DNA from: Clostridiaceae bacterium | GTDB taxonomy: Bacteria; Bacillota; Clostridia; Acetivibrionales; DULL01 | Direction: 5' to 3' | Assembly: GCA_012840395.1 (NCBI GenBank) | Contig: DULL01000018.1 | Span: 5,072-69,071 of the forward strand | DNA: 64,000 nt | In this document: positions 51,119 to 59,957 of the stretch, piece by piece | How positions within the stretch are numbered: position 1 is the stretch's first letter | Layout of the letters: each line of letters starts with the position of its first letter | Program-made: the position numbers and the translations under genes | The notes under the pieces: model-generated | What the model was told of the DNA's origin: nothing | Seen by the model: only the letters and a program-made list of their open reading frames with translations | Database searches by the model: none

Positions 51119-51140
51119 GAAGAACCGTCCCTGTGCTTCC
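51117..51140 (+). repeat. Third, variant copy of the hairpin repeat, overlapping the dipeptidase stop codon
   Basis: GGAAGAACCGTCCCTGTGCTTCC shares the core GAAGAACCGTCCCTRTGCTTC with the tandem units at 50108-50163. Confidence 0.85.
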
Positions 51141-51259
51141 GAAAAAATTTAATAAATTAATACAATATTTTATAAAATAATACTTTATTTTTAGTCAATG
51201 TTATTGTAATATATATTCATTCTTAAATAAACATTAAAATAATAAACATTAAAATAATT

Positions 51260-51360
51260 GGCAGAGTAGATGATAGCGCGTTAAGTGCCAGTTGGACGGG
51301 AAGTTGCCACTGGACGAAAAATCCTTGAGATTTGCGGTGCTTTTATCGCATTCCGCTGCC
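51260..51360 (+). promoter_or_regulatory. THF (tetrahydrofolate) riboswitch
   Basis: GGCAGAGTAGATGATAGCGCGTTAAGTG ... GCGGTG ... GCATTCCGCTGCC closely resembles the THF-I aptamer core as I recall it, closed by GGCAG/CTGCC. It lies upstream of a folate-type ECF S component. Confidence 0.8.
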
Positions 51361-51414
51361 ACAAAAGAATTGTCTCTCTTTTGTGGCCTTGCTGCCTGAA
51401 GAGAGGAGAATTAT

Positions 51415-51936
51415 ATGAAAAATTCACGCATGCTAGTATTTATAGGCTTATTTATTTCATTGGACGTTATTTTAACCCGTTATTTAGCTTTTCAAACTCC
51501 CATCATTAGAATTAGTTTTGGTTTTCTTCCAATTGCATTATCAGGAATTATGTTTGGTCCGGTTATAGGTGGTGTAACTGGTATGGTTGCAGATATAATA
51601 GGTATGATTATTTTTCCAAGAGGGCCTTACTTTCCTGGTTTCACTATAAGTGCTTTTCTTACCGGCGCTATATATGGACTTTTTCTCCATAAAAAAGAAA
51701 GAAGCATTATTCGAATTATTATAACAGTACTGGTTATAACTGTCTTTGTGGATTCATTTTTAAATACCATATGGTTGATAATAATGGGGTTTGGCAATGC
51801 AGGAATAATTCTTCCCCGTATATTAAAAAACCTGATTATGGTGCCTGTACAAATAGTGACTATTTCTTTAGGATGGCGTTATCTTGGCAGTTTTATTGAG
51901 AAAGAAAAATTCAAAAGAGCGGATATTAAAGATTAA
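51415..51936 (+). CDS. folT: ECF transporter S component, folate family
   Basis: The 173-aa polytopic protein contains ISFGFLPIALSG, matches folate-family length and follows a THF riboswitch. Confidence 0.75.
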   Translation: MKNSRMLVFIGLFISLDVILTRYLAFQTPIIRISFGFLPIALSGIMFGPVIGGVTGMVADIIGMIIFPRGPYFPGFTISAFLTGAIYGLFLHKKERSIIRIIITVLVITVFVDSFLNTIWLIIMGFGNAGIILPRILKNLIMVPVQIVTISLGWRYLGSFIEKEKFKRADIKD

Positions 51937-53002
51937 ATAACCCTACAATAGTAATATTCCGTGTTCTTTGGTCATTACGAAGATCTAAGATATAGGGATC
52001 GACCAACTTATCATTCTCAAAAATAACCTTGACTTTTGGTCTCAGACAACAGTCCTTGTAGTTTTCAACTACCAGTGCAAGGCTGTTGTTACTGAGACGA
52101 ACGCAGGTTCCATTTGGATAAGGAGTAATACGTTCAACAAAATATTTTACAATTTCCTTGTCAAATAGAGTTCCGCTACCGCCCATAATATATTCAATTG
52201 CTTCTGAAGGGAGTAACGCTTTTCTATACGGTCTGTCCGAAGTCATGGCATCATATATATCTGCAATTGAAATAATTTTGCCAAAAAGTGATATATTTTT
52301 CCCTGATAGTGCCATAGGATATCCGGCGCCATTGCATTTTTCATGATGCTGAAGTATTCCAATATACACAGATGCAGGGAAATGATTAGTGGATTTTAAA
52401 TAATCATAGCCACTAAAAGGATGGGTTCTTATTATCTCACTTTCTTTTTTTGTTAATTTGCCTCTTTTATTGAGGATTTCTTTATCAATAAAAACTTTTC
52501 CTATATCATGAAGCAGAGATGAAAGAGCTAAATTGTACAATAAATTTTTATCAAGGTTTAAAGAAATACCAATAACGATCGATAATACTGATACATTCAC
52601 AGAATGAAAATATGTGTATTCATCGAACATCTTTATATCAATCATATTAACTATTAGTTCTTTGTTTGAAAGAAGTTCTTCCAGTAGATTGTTAGCCAGG
52701 TTATAAATTTTTTCAATATCATCATTTGACAATTTTTTTTCCTGTTCGAGGGTCTTGTAAACTTTTTTTAAACCAAAAACAGTCCTATATTTTAATTCAT
52801 CACTTATCAGACCGGAAATTTCAATGTCTTTTGAAAAATCATCTTCTATATAAATTCCGTTGTAACCATGCCGTTTTATTTTTTCAATATAGGAATTCTG
52901 TATTACAGTACCAGCATTTAAAAGAAGTTCACCATTTCTTCCAACTAGTTTTTTAGCTACTATTGATCCCTCTCTCAGGCAATTAACCGGTACAAATCTC
53001 AT
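51926..53002 (-). CDS. HD-GYP domain phosphodiesterase-like signalling protein
   Basis: The HD motif (LHDIGK) and HHEKCNGAGYP (the GYP motif) are present. ATG at 53002 follows AGAAGGA; the ORF track extends to a TTG at 53035. The 3' end overlaps the folT 3' end by 11 nt. Confidence 0.85.
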   Translation of the reverse strand: MRFVPVNCLREGSIVAKKLVGRNGELLLNAGTVIQNSYIEKIKRHGYNGIYIEDDFSKDIEISGLISDELKYRTVFGLKKVYKTLEQEKKLSNDDIEKIYNLANNLLEELLSNKELIVNMIDIKMFDEYTYFHSVNVSVLSIVIGISLNLDKNLLYNLALSSLLHDIGKVFIDKEILNKRGKLTKKESEIIRTHPFSGYDYLKSTNHFPASVYIGILQHHEKCNGAGYPMALSGKNISLFGKIISIADIYDAMTSDRPYRKALLPSEAIEYIMGGSGTLFDKEIVKYFVERITPYPNGTCVRLSNNSLALVVENYKDCCLRPKVKVIFENDKLVDPYILDLRNDQRTRNITIVGLFNL

Positions 53003-53284
53003 ATTTAATCCTTCTTTGCTGGGAGTAATAAACAAGAAAATACTATAATACCATACAGTAAACTACAGAAAAATGCAAGAAATGCGAGTAATAATAAATT
53101 GAAATGGTAATGGGATTTTGGCGCAAATGCTTGCTAAAATGCCTGCATACGCATTTTTTTTAATTTATTCAAATCTATGCGCCAAAACCCATAAAATGAC
53201 ATAAACTACCAAAAAACAACATAAACTAAAAGAATTTGTGATTTTTATTGTTTATAATTCTATTACCGACAGATGGGAATACTA

Positions 53285-53614
53285 TTAATGACTTACATTA
53301 AATACATAATTCTTGCCGGAATTATTATCCCAGTTACCAGCAGCATCCTTAAAACAAAGGTTCAATGTGCTGGAACTTTCAACTGGGATTAATGCTTCAA
53401 ATCCTGTTTTGGTTTTTTTCATATGGTAATCACATACTCCATCCCATTTGCTTCCATAACCTACATGGGCATAAACCTGTGTTGCTCCACTTTTCGCAAG
53501 TAATCCATCGTAAGATATTTTTATTTTTTCTCCCACAGTAGGTATATTGGGGCTGATCATTACTCCATTCTCAATATATTCACAATTTTTAGCATTTTTT
53601 GATGTTAAGGACAT
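53285..53614 (-). CDS. Small stand-alone carbohydrate-binding-module-like protein (CBM25/26-like), with no signal peptide
   Basis: The 109-aa protein has a beta-sandwich-like pattern with a C-terminal GNWDNNSGKNY motif typical of starch/glycogen-binding modules. The N-terminus is hydrophilic. Confidence 0.5.
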   Translation of the reverse strand: MSLTSKNAKNCEYIENGVMISPNIPTVGEKIKISYDGLLAKSGATQVYAHVGYGSKWDGVCDYHMKKTKTGFEALIPVESSSTLNLCFKDAAGNWDNNSGKNYVFNVSH

Positions 53615-53803
53615 ATTTTAATCCTCCTTTCACAGATTTTATTATTCTCAAAAAGAAAAGTTAAATGCGAATAAAAATATGGTTATGTTAAAAAAATCAC
53701 ATGTAATTATGTGGGAATAGTAAATTGATAAAAGCAAATAATAAAGATAAATATTTAAAAGTCTTTTTATACTAGTCAAAAAAATCAGAGAGGATGGAAA
53801 AAA

Positions 53804-56269
53804 ATGAAAGCTGTAATCATGGCGGGTGGAGAGGGAACAAGATTAAGGCCCCTAACTTGTAATCGCCCAAAACCAATGGTACCAGTTGGTAACAAACCTG
53901 TTATGGAACATATTATTGAGTTATTGAAAAAATATCAGTTGGTGGATATAGCAGTAACATTACAATACATGCCTGAACTAATTAAGGAATATTTTCATGA
54001 TGGAAGAGAACATGGAGTAAATATAAGCTATTATATAGAAGAAAAGCCCCTTGGAACCGCTGGCAGTGTAAAAAACGCACAGGACTTTCTGGATGATACT
54101 TTTATTGTTATCAGCGGAGATGCTCTTACTGATATAGATTTGAAAAAAGCAATAGATTTTCATATTAAAAAAGGTTCCATTGCTACTTTGGTATTAAAAA
54201 GAGTCGACATACCTCTTGAATATGGCGTGGTAGTAACTGATGAGGAAGGGAGAATAATTAGATTTCTTGAAAAGCCAAGCTGGGGCGAAGTATTCAGCGA
54301 TACGGTAAATACAGGGATTTATATACTTTCACCTGAAGTTTTAAATTATTTTAATAAAAATGAAATGTTTGACTTTAGCAGAGATCTGTTTCCAATATTA
54401 TTAAGAGAAGGAAGACCAATGTATGGATACATTACAGAAGACTACTGGTGTGATATTGGGGATTTAAAAGCATATGTCCAAGCCCATGTAGATATTCTTC
54501 AGGGGAAGGTAAGTATTAGCATACCCGGCAAAGAAGCAGGAGAAAAGATATGGATCGGAGATGATACCGAGATAGGGGAGGATGTAAAAATTGAATCTCC
54601 TTGTATAATTGGACAGAACGTGAAAATTAAAAAAGGAACTTTAATAGGTGCATACACTGTAGTAGGAGATAATTGCATTATAGGAGAGCAGAGCTCGATT
54701 AAGAAAAGTGTTATCTGGGAAAATACATTTATTGACAGACAAGCGGAATTAAGAGGTTGTGTTTTATGCAAAAAAGTACACATGGGTTACAATTCATCAG
54801 CATTTGAATATTCAGTTATCGGAGAAGATACTACTGTTAAAGAAAATGCTATTATCAAGCCAAATATTAAAATATGGCCCAATAAGATTATTGAGAGCGG
54901 GGTTGAAGTTAACTCAAATCTAATATGGGGTTCAAAATCCACACGTTCAATATTCGGGAACAGAGGAGTTGCGGGTGAAATTAATGTTGATATTACACCT
55001 GAGTATGCATCAAAACTTGGAGCCGCATATGGTGCTTTGTTTAAAGGAAAGGGAACCATTGCAATTAGCTGTGACCATTCAAGAGCAGCTCAGATGCTTA
55101 AAATATCATTTATATCTGGAATACTTTCTTCAGGCATGGAAGTTATAGACTTTGGAAGTATGCTTTTACCTATGGCCAGATCTGCTATAAGGTTCTATAG
55201 GGCAGATGGAGGTATTCATATCAGTACTTCTTTTGAAGATAACCAAAGACTGTTTATAGATTTCTTGGATAAAAACGGAAGCAATATAGAAAGAGCCATG
55301 GAACGTAAAATCGAAAATGCATTTGCCAGAGAAGATTTTAGTAGATGTGAAGGAGATTGTATAAAAGGAGTAAAGACTATAGAAGGATATGGCGACTTTT
55401 ATTTACGCAGCATAATCAATAGTGTAAAATCTGAAAATATGAACTTTAAAATAGCTGTGAACTCTCCTTCACATTTTATCAGCAGCTCTATTTCTTCACT
55501 GCTGGAGGAACTTGGATGCAGCGTAGAAGTGATGAATCTGCGTTTTATGAATACATTGACAATGCGGCAAAGTAATACTTCAGAAGACATGAATTCTTTT
55601 GCAGGCTTTATAAGGGATGGAAAATTTGACCTGGGAGTTTCCATTGGAGATAATTGTGAAAAAATGATATTGATAGACAGCAAAGGAAGAATAGTAAATG
55701 AAGATATGTTCATTGCCCTTATTTCACTGATAATTTTTAAAACCATCAAGGGCGGAACAGTAGTTGTACCCATCTCTGCAAGCCAGGTAGTAGAAAAGAT
55801 AGCAAGCCAACATAATGGCAAAGTTATAAGGAGCAAAACATCCACTCAGGATATAATGAGTAAAATATGGTGCAACGGAGAAAAAGCAGAAATACTTGAG
55901 CAGTTTACAATGCGTTTTGATGCGATAGCAGGTTTGGTAAAAATACTTGATTTTATGAAGAATAATAATTATACGCTTTCAGAACTGGTAGATATGATTC
56001 CTGAAATTCACATGAATAAGAAAGAAGTTGAATGTCCTTGGGATGCAAAAGGTAAAGTAATCAGGCATATAATCCAGGAGCAAAGAGGGGAAAGTATAGA
56101 AACCCTTGAAGGAGTAAAAATTTATGAGAACGGGGGATGGGTCTTAGTATTGCCGGATGCCGAGAAACCTGTATGCAAGGTAATCAGTGAAAGTTATTCA
56201 GAAGAATTTGCTGAGGAGTTAGCCAGCGTATATGCTGATAAAATACGGGAAATAAGCAGAAATGCGTAG
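53804..56269 (+). CDS. Sugar-phosphate nucleotidyltransferase (plus left-handed beta-helix) fused to a phosphohexomutase-like domain
   Basis: The N-terminus is [13 protein letters not shown], followed by hexapeptide repeats. The C-terminal four-subdomain region is PGM/PMM-like but its catalytic motifs are altered (STSFED, GDNCEK, PDAEKP). Confidence 0.85.
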   Translation: MKAVIMAGGEGTRLRPLTCNRPKPMVPVGNKPVMEHIIELLKKYQLVDIAVTLQYMPELIKEYFHDGREHGVNISYYIEEKPLGTAGSVKNAQDFLDDTFIVISGDALTDIDLKKAIDFHIKKGSIATLVLKRVDIPLEYGVVVTDEEGRIIRFLEKPSWGEVFSDTVNTGIYILSPEVLNYFNKNEMFDFSRDLFPILLREGRPMYGYITEDYWCDIGDLKAYVQAHVDILQGKVSISIPGKEAGEKIWIGDDTEIGEDVKIESPCIIGQNVKIKKGTLIGAYTVVGDNCIIGEQSSIKKSVIWENTFIDRQAELRGCVLCKKVHMGYNSSAFEYSVIGEDTTVKENAIIKPNIKIWPNKIIESGVEVNSNLIWGSKSTRSIFGNRGVAGEINVDITPEYASKLGAAYGALFKGKGTIAISCDHSRAAQMLKISFISGILSSGMEVIDFGSMLLPMARSAIRFYRADGGIHISTSFEDNQRLFIDFLDKNGSNIERAMERKIENAFAREDFSRCEGDCIKGVKTIEGYGDFYLRSIINSVKSENMNFKIAVNSPSHFISSSISSLLEELGCSVEVMNLRFMNTLTMRQSNTSEDMNSFAGFIRDGKFDLGVSIGDNCEKMILIDSKGRIVNEDMFIALISLIIFKTIKGGTVVVPISASQVVEKIASQHNGKVIRSKTSTQDIMSKIWCNGEKAEILEQFTMRFDAIAGLVKILDFMKNNNYTLSELVDMIPEIHMNKKEVECPWDAKGKVIRHIIQEQRGESIETLEGVKIYENGGWVLVLPDAEKPVCKVISESYSEEFAEELASVYADKIREISRNA

Positions 56270-56469
56270 GAGAGAAGTCCATTATTGGCGGGAAGTAATA
56301 TTATATGCTTCGGAAAATTACAGATAAATAAACAAAATAAAAGAATCAACATTATAAAGAATGTGATTCAATGAGAGTGCTTTTGAATAGGATTCGGGAT
56401 CTATAATATTATTGGATTTAATTAAAGCCTTGATGGGGAGTAATACTCTGTCATGGCTTTTTTATTATT

Positions 56470-57000
56470 TATGATGACTATAACAACAGGGAAACCATGA
56501 CAATAGCAGGAGTAGCTGAGACTACCTACACAAATTAAAACAACAGGCTTATCACAGAGACAACGGTAAGAGGGGATGTAACAGGGATCATCAGTTATTG
56601 TTATGACTATAACGGTAATCAGATATATAAGGGAACTGAAATACTGGAACTTGTTGATGGTGCAAGTACTGAAGGTCTTGGAATTTATGTATCAGGTCAA
56701 GATGCAGGTTCTGAGATTGCAACCATCAATGGGTATGATGGGCTAAACCGCCTTATAAGGACAACGGTGGGAGATAAGACTATTACCTATGCATATAATG
56801 GAGATGGATTAAGAACAGAAAAGGTTGTTAACGATGTTATAACTAAGCATATCTGGGATGGCAACCAGATAGTACTTGAGAGAGATGGAACAGGTATAGT
56901 TAAAGGAAGGTTCATAAGAGGTATAAATCTGATCTGTGCTGACGATGGTGCAGACTCGAATGAGAAGTGGTATCTGTACAATGGCCACGAAAGGTACTGA
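56470..57000 (+). pseudogene. RHS/YD-repeat protein remnant, truncated at both ends and carrying an in-frame stop
   Basis: The frame reads YDDYNNRETMTIAGVAETTYTN*NNRLITETTV..YCYDYNGNQIYKG..GYDGLNRLIRTTVGDKTITYAYNGDGLRTEK..WYLYNGHERY*. The internal TAA is at 56536-38. There is no N-terminal domain, no RHS core end and no toxin tip. Confidence 0.7.
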
Positions 57001-57095
57001 GTAATATATTTAGCTTCAATATACATAGAAAATAAAATGCTAATTGCCTTTAAGAATAAGGCATGTTGAAAGATCTGTAATTGCTTTTGATTAGA

Positions 57096-57128
57096 GGTCA
57101 CACAGTTTCGGCTGGCGTGGCCTTTTTT
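57096..57128 (+). terminator. Intrinsic terminator downstream of the RHS remnant
   Basis: A stem (GGTCAC / GTGGCC, with one G-U pair) is followed by TTTTTT. Confidence 0.6.
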
Positions 57129-57201
57129 CGTATCAATGCTTGACAATATGTAATACAATGTAACACAATTAAAACAAGCAAGAAATGCAGGAGGTGCAAT
57201 A

Positions 57202-57591
57202 ATGTCTACAGAAAAGGATAGTATGCTACGGGTAAGGCTTACACAAAGGCAGTCGGATGAATTGAATGCTATCATTGATGAGCTTCAGGCACAGATGCCG
57301 GAGGCAAGCGTTACCACATCAAGCATTGCAAGATATGCTCTGGAAAAGTATGTGAGCGACTATATCGCCAAGCGTGACGGTACCAAGATTTTTATTGAAG
57401 TTTCTACAGCAGATGCTACTGACGAGGATATAAAGAATCTCTACAACCTTCTTTTCAGGCTATTTGACGAAACAAAGGAGAATTACTCACCAACGGTTCA
57501 TTATATGGTTGGGGAGATTTTAGAGCCTGTAATGATGAAGTTGGCAAGCCTCATGAAACCCAAAAAGCCGTGGATGAAGGCAAGTGAGTAA
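57202..57591 (+). CDS. Ribbon-helix-helix (CopG-like) N-terminal domain protein with an uncharacterised C-terminal half
   Basis: It has a strong RBS (AGGAGGTG) and a candidate promoter, TTGACA (57140-45)-18-CACAAT. The N-terminus has an RHH pattern (LRVRLTQRQSDELNAIIDEL...SSIARYALEKYV). The gene looks GC-richer than its neighbours. Confidence 0.5.
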   Translation: MSTEKDSMLRVRLTQRQSDELNAIIDELQAQMPEASVTTSSIARYALEKYVSDYIAKRDGTKIFIEVSTADATDEDIKNLYNLLFRLFDETKENYSPTVHYMVGEILEPVMMKLASLMKPKKPWMKASE

Positions 57592-57690
57592 GAAAAAGTG
57601 TACATTGTCCACTGCCCTCGTTGTAATAACAGGACACTAACATATGGAAATACAATTTACATAAATATTTAACTCCCAGATAGAACTAAA

Positions 57691-57728
57691 ATGAGGGAAT
57701 CGGTTACAAAAGTCCCAATTTCCCTCAT
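57691..57728 (-). terminator. Probable terminator of the LysM protein gene
   Basis: A 9-bp stem (ATGAGGGAA / TTCCCTCAT) is followed on the - strand by only a short TTT. Confidence 0.5.
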
Positions 57729-57770
57729 GTTGTTTAAGTTTAACTTATGTTAAATTATTTTCCCAGGATG

Positions 57771-59006
57771 CTATTTTCCGGCCGCTTCTTTAATGTTACT
57801 CTGGTGGTTCGGATCAACTTTACCGTCTAAATGCCTTGTGCTGTTTAAGAAGTGTACATCAAATACTCCATCAATTCCATTACCTTTTACCCAGTCTAAA
57901 TTATAACCGGCACCATAATCTCCGCTTCTCCATGTGGTGTGAACTCCTCCTGGAGCTGCGTCATTACCTGCATGGGGCATATTAGAAGCACTTGCAGCAA
58001 TCTTTCTGCCATTATATTTAATTATTACAGGACGAGTATTCCAGTTAAAACTTCCTCCCCATATTTCTTTCATAATATTTGTGTCATTTAAAGTTAACGT
58101 TTCGCAGTCAGCATGGTTTGCACCGGTGGTTCGCTTAGCCCAGAAAGATTTTCCTGTATAAAAATCAACAATTTCAAAGGTACTGCCTACAGGTAGAACA
58201 TACTGAGCCTCTGTCCACCAATCAAGATATTCTCCATATTGTTCTCCCGGAGTTTCCTTAACGGGAACATGATGTACCGGTATTTTTAATATGTCCCCCG
58301 GATAAACATATGAATTTTCAGTCAGATTATTTGTTGATAACAACTCACTAAAAGGTATTCCAAAATCTATGGCTATATCCCATAAAATATCACCCTTTTT
58401 TACCGTATACCAGGTATATGTGATATATGGTTTTTTATCTTCCGTAGTATTATTGCTGCCGGAATTTGATGAAGAAGATGGTATTAGTACTTTCTGGCCT
58501 GGATAAATAACCGTATTTTTGTCAGCACCGTTATATGTCATCAATGTATTGATATCCACATTGAATTTCTGGCTAATGATCCAGTATGTGTCTCCCGGCT
58601 GTACTGTATATGAACCGGTTGTTTGTTCTTTAGCAGGAATATAAACCTTGTCACCTATATATAATATTGTTTTTTCAGTAGCGTTATTTGCTTTCAATAA
58701 AGAAGTAAGGCTGACCCCGTATTTTTGACTGATTAACCAGAAGGTATCCCCTTTCTTAACAGTATGAATATAACCGTAATCAGTTGGTATGGTTATATTT
58801 TGATAGGGATATATTATAGTATTCTCAGTTGCATTATTAGCTGCCATCAGATATTTAAGGGGAACTCCATGCTTTTGGCTGATAAGCCAAAATGAGTCTC
58901 CTGGCTGCACTACGTAGTCAATACTCTGAGCATTTCCTGTCCCGGGAAAACTTAAAAGGAAGATCAGGCTGAGAATTCCTGCTATAAAAAGTTTTCTGAA
59001 GCTCAT
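57771..59006 (-). CDS. Secreted protein with four LysM repeats and an uncharacterised C-terminal domain
   Basis: It has a signal peptide (LIFLLSFPGTGNAQS), four LysM units (YxVQPGDxxWxISQK...) and a C-terminal region of about 170 aa rich in W/H/G (ANHADCETL, PHAGND, FDVHFLNSTRH). Confidence 0.8.
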   Translation of the reverse strand: MSFRKLFIAGILSLIFLLSFPGTGNAQSIDYVVQPGDSFWLISQKHGVPLKYLMAANNATENTIIYPYQNITIPTDYGYIHTVKKGDTFWLISQKYGVSLTSLLKANNATEKTILYIGDKVYIPAKEQTTGSYTVQPGDTYWIISQKFNVDINTLMTYNGADKNTVIYPGQKVLIPSSSSNSGSNNTTEDKKPYITYTWYTVKKGDILWDIAIDFGIPFSELLSTNNLTENSYVYPGDILKIPVHHVPVKETPGEQYGEYLDWWTEAQYVLPVGSTFEIVDFYTGKSFWAKRTTGANHADCETLTLNDTNIMKEIWGGSFNWNTRPVIIKYNGRKIAASASNMPHAGNDAAPGGVHTTWRSGDYGAGYNLDWVKGNGIDGVFDVHFLNSTRHLDGKVDPNHQSNIKEAAGK

Positions 59007-59240
59007 TGAATAAACCTCCTTTAAAAGTTTACATAATACATGTTCGACACCAGCCCACCATTTCCTTTATGAAAATATTGGCATCAAATTTTATTGATAT
59101 TTACTAGACCAGTAATAACATTTATAATAAATATAATAAGGCGTAAGTTCGTCCGCCCACTTGAAATGAGCAAGCGTAAATTCCAATAGTGAAATTTTTT
59201 ACGCTGCATTATAAAAATTAAAGGCAGAACAGGAGAAAAT

Positions 59241-59957
59241 ATGCGCCGAAAAGAGTACAACTTTGTATTATTTATAGCTTTTATAATTCTGGGAATATTG
59301 GTTGCTGTTCAGTTCCGCAGCACTATATATTTTAATAAGCAAAGAGCCCAGAGCATGCTGGATGCCGAAAAAGTACTGGAACAATTAAACAGGGAAAAGG
59401 CTCTGGAAACTGACCTCAGGGGTCAAATTGAAGTTGCTTTGGCTCAAAAAGAAGCAATTGAAAAGACTTTCCTGGAGGAAACCTTTGACTGGGAACTGAA
59501 TAAAGAATGGGAAATAATAAGGTTGAAAGCTGGACTTGTAAGTGTTAAGGGAGAAGGGATTCAAATAACCTTGGATGATGCTCCGGCAAAAGTAGGAGGA
59601 GACCCTTACAGGTTAATAATTCATGACCAGGATATAAGGATAATTCTTAATGAACTGAAAAATGCAGGCGCACAAGCCATATCCATTAATGGTGAAAGAA
59701 TTGTAACAACTAGCGAACAGGTATGTGCCGGCCCTATAATTCTGATTAATGGTAACAGGTATCCTGTACCTTATGTAATAAATGTAATCGGGGATGCGGA
59801 CAGGTTATATGAAAGCATGATGGCGAGTAAAAGAATTAATATAATGAAACAAGATAAGATAAGAGTTGATATAAAAAAGGTTAATGAGATAACAGTACCA
59901 GGTTTTAGTGGCAATATACAAAATTTGATTTCGGGTCTGGAGGAAATTAAAAAATGA
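59241..59957 (+). CDS. DUF881 (YlxW/YlxX-like) membrane-anchored division/sporulation-associated protein
   Basis: It has an N-terminal TM segment, coiled coil and the conserved motif DQDIRIILNELKNAGAQAISINGERI. Confidence 0.75.
   Translation: MRRKEYNFVLFIAFIILGILVAVQFRSTIYFNKQRAQSMLDAEKVLEQLNREKALETDLRGQIEVALAQKEAIEKTFLEETFDWELNKEWEIIRLKAGLVSVKGEGIQITLDDAPAKVGGDPYRLIIHDQDIRIILNELKNAGAQAISINGERIVTTSEQVCAGPIILINGNRYPVPYVINVIGDADRLYESMMASKRINIMKQDKIRVDIKKVNEITVPGFSGNIQNLISGLEEIKK

Noticed and set aside
51285-51509. A 74-aa ORF overlapping the THF riboswitch and the folT start.
   Set aside because: It covers the conserved aptamer sequence and is out of frame with folT, so it is very likely a spurious ORF.
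56787-57275. A 162-aa - strand ORF across the RHS remnant and the start of the RHH gene.
   Set aside because: It is antisense to sequence with clear YD-repeat coding signal and to a gene with a strong RBS. It has no motifs.
59043-59049. A reverse-strand Spo0A box (TTCGACA) upstream of the LysM protein gene, considered as a regulatory call.
   Set aside because: A single 7-mer is expected several times by chance in 64 kb on two strands. It is kept only as a remark within the LysM finding.
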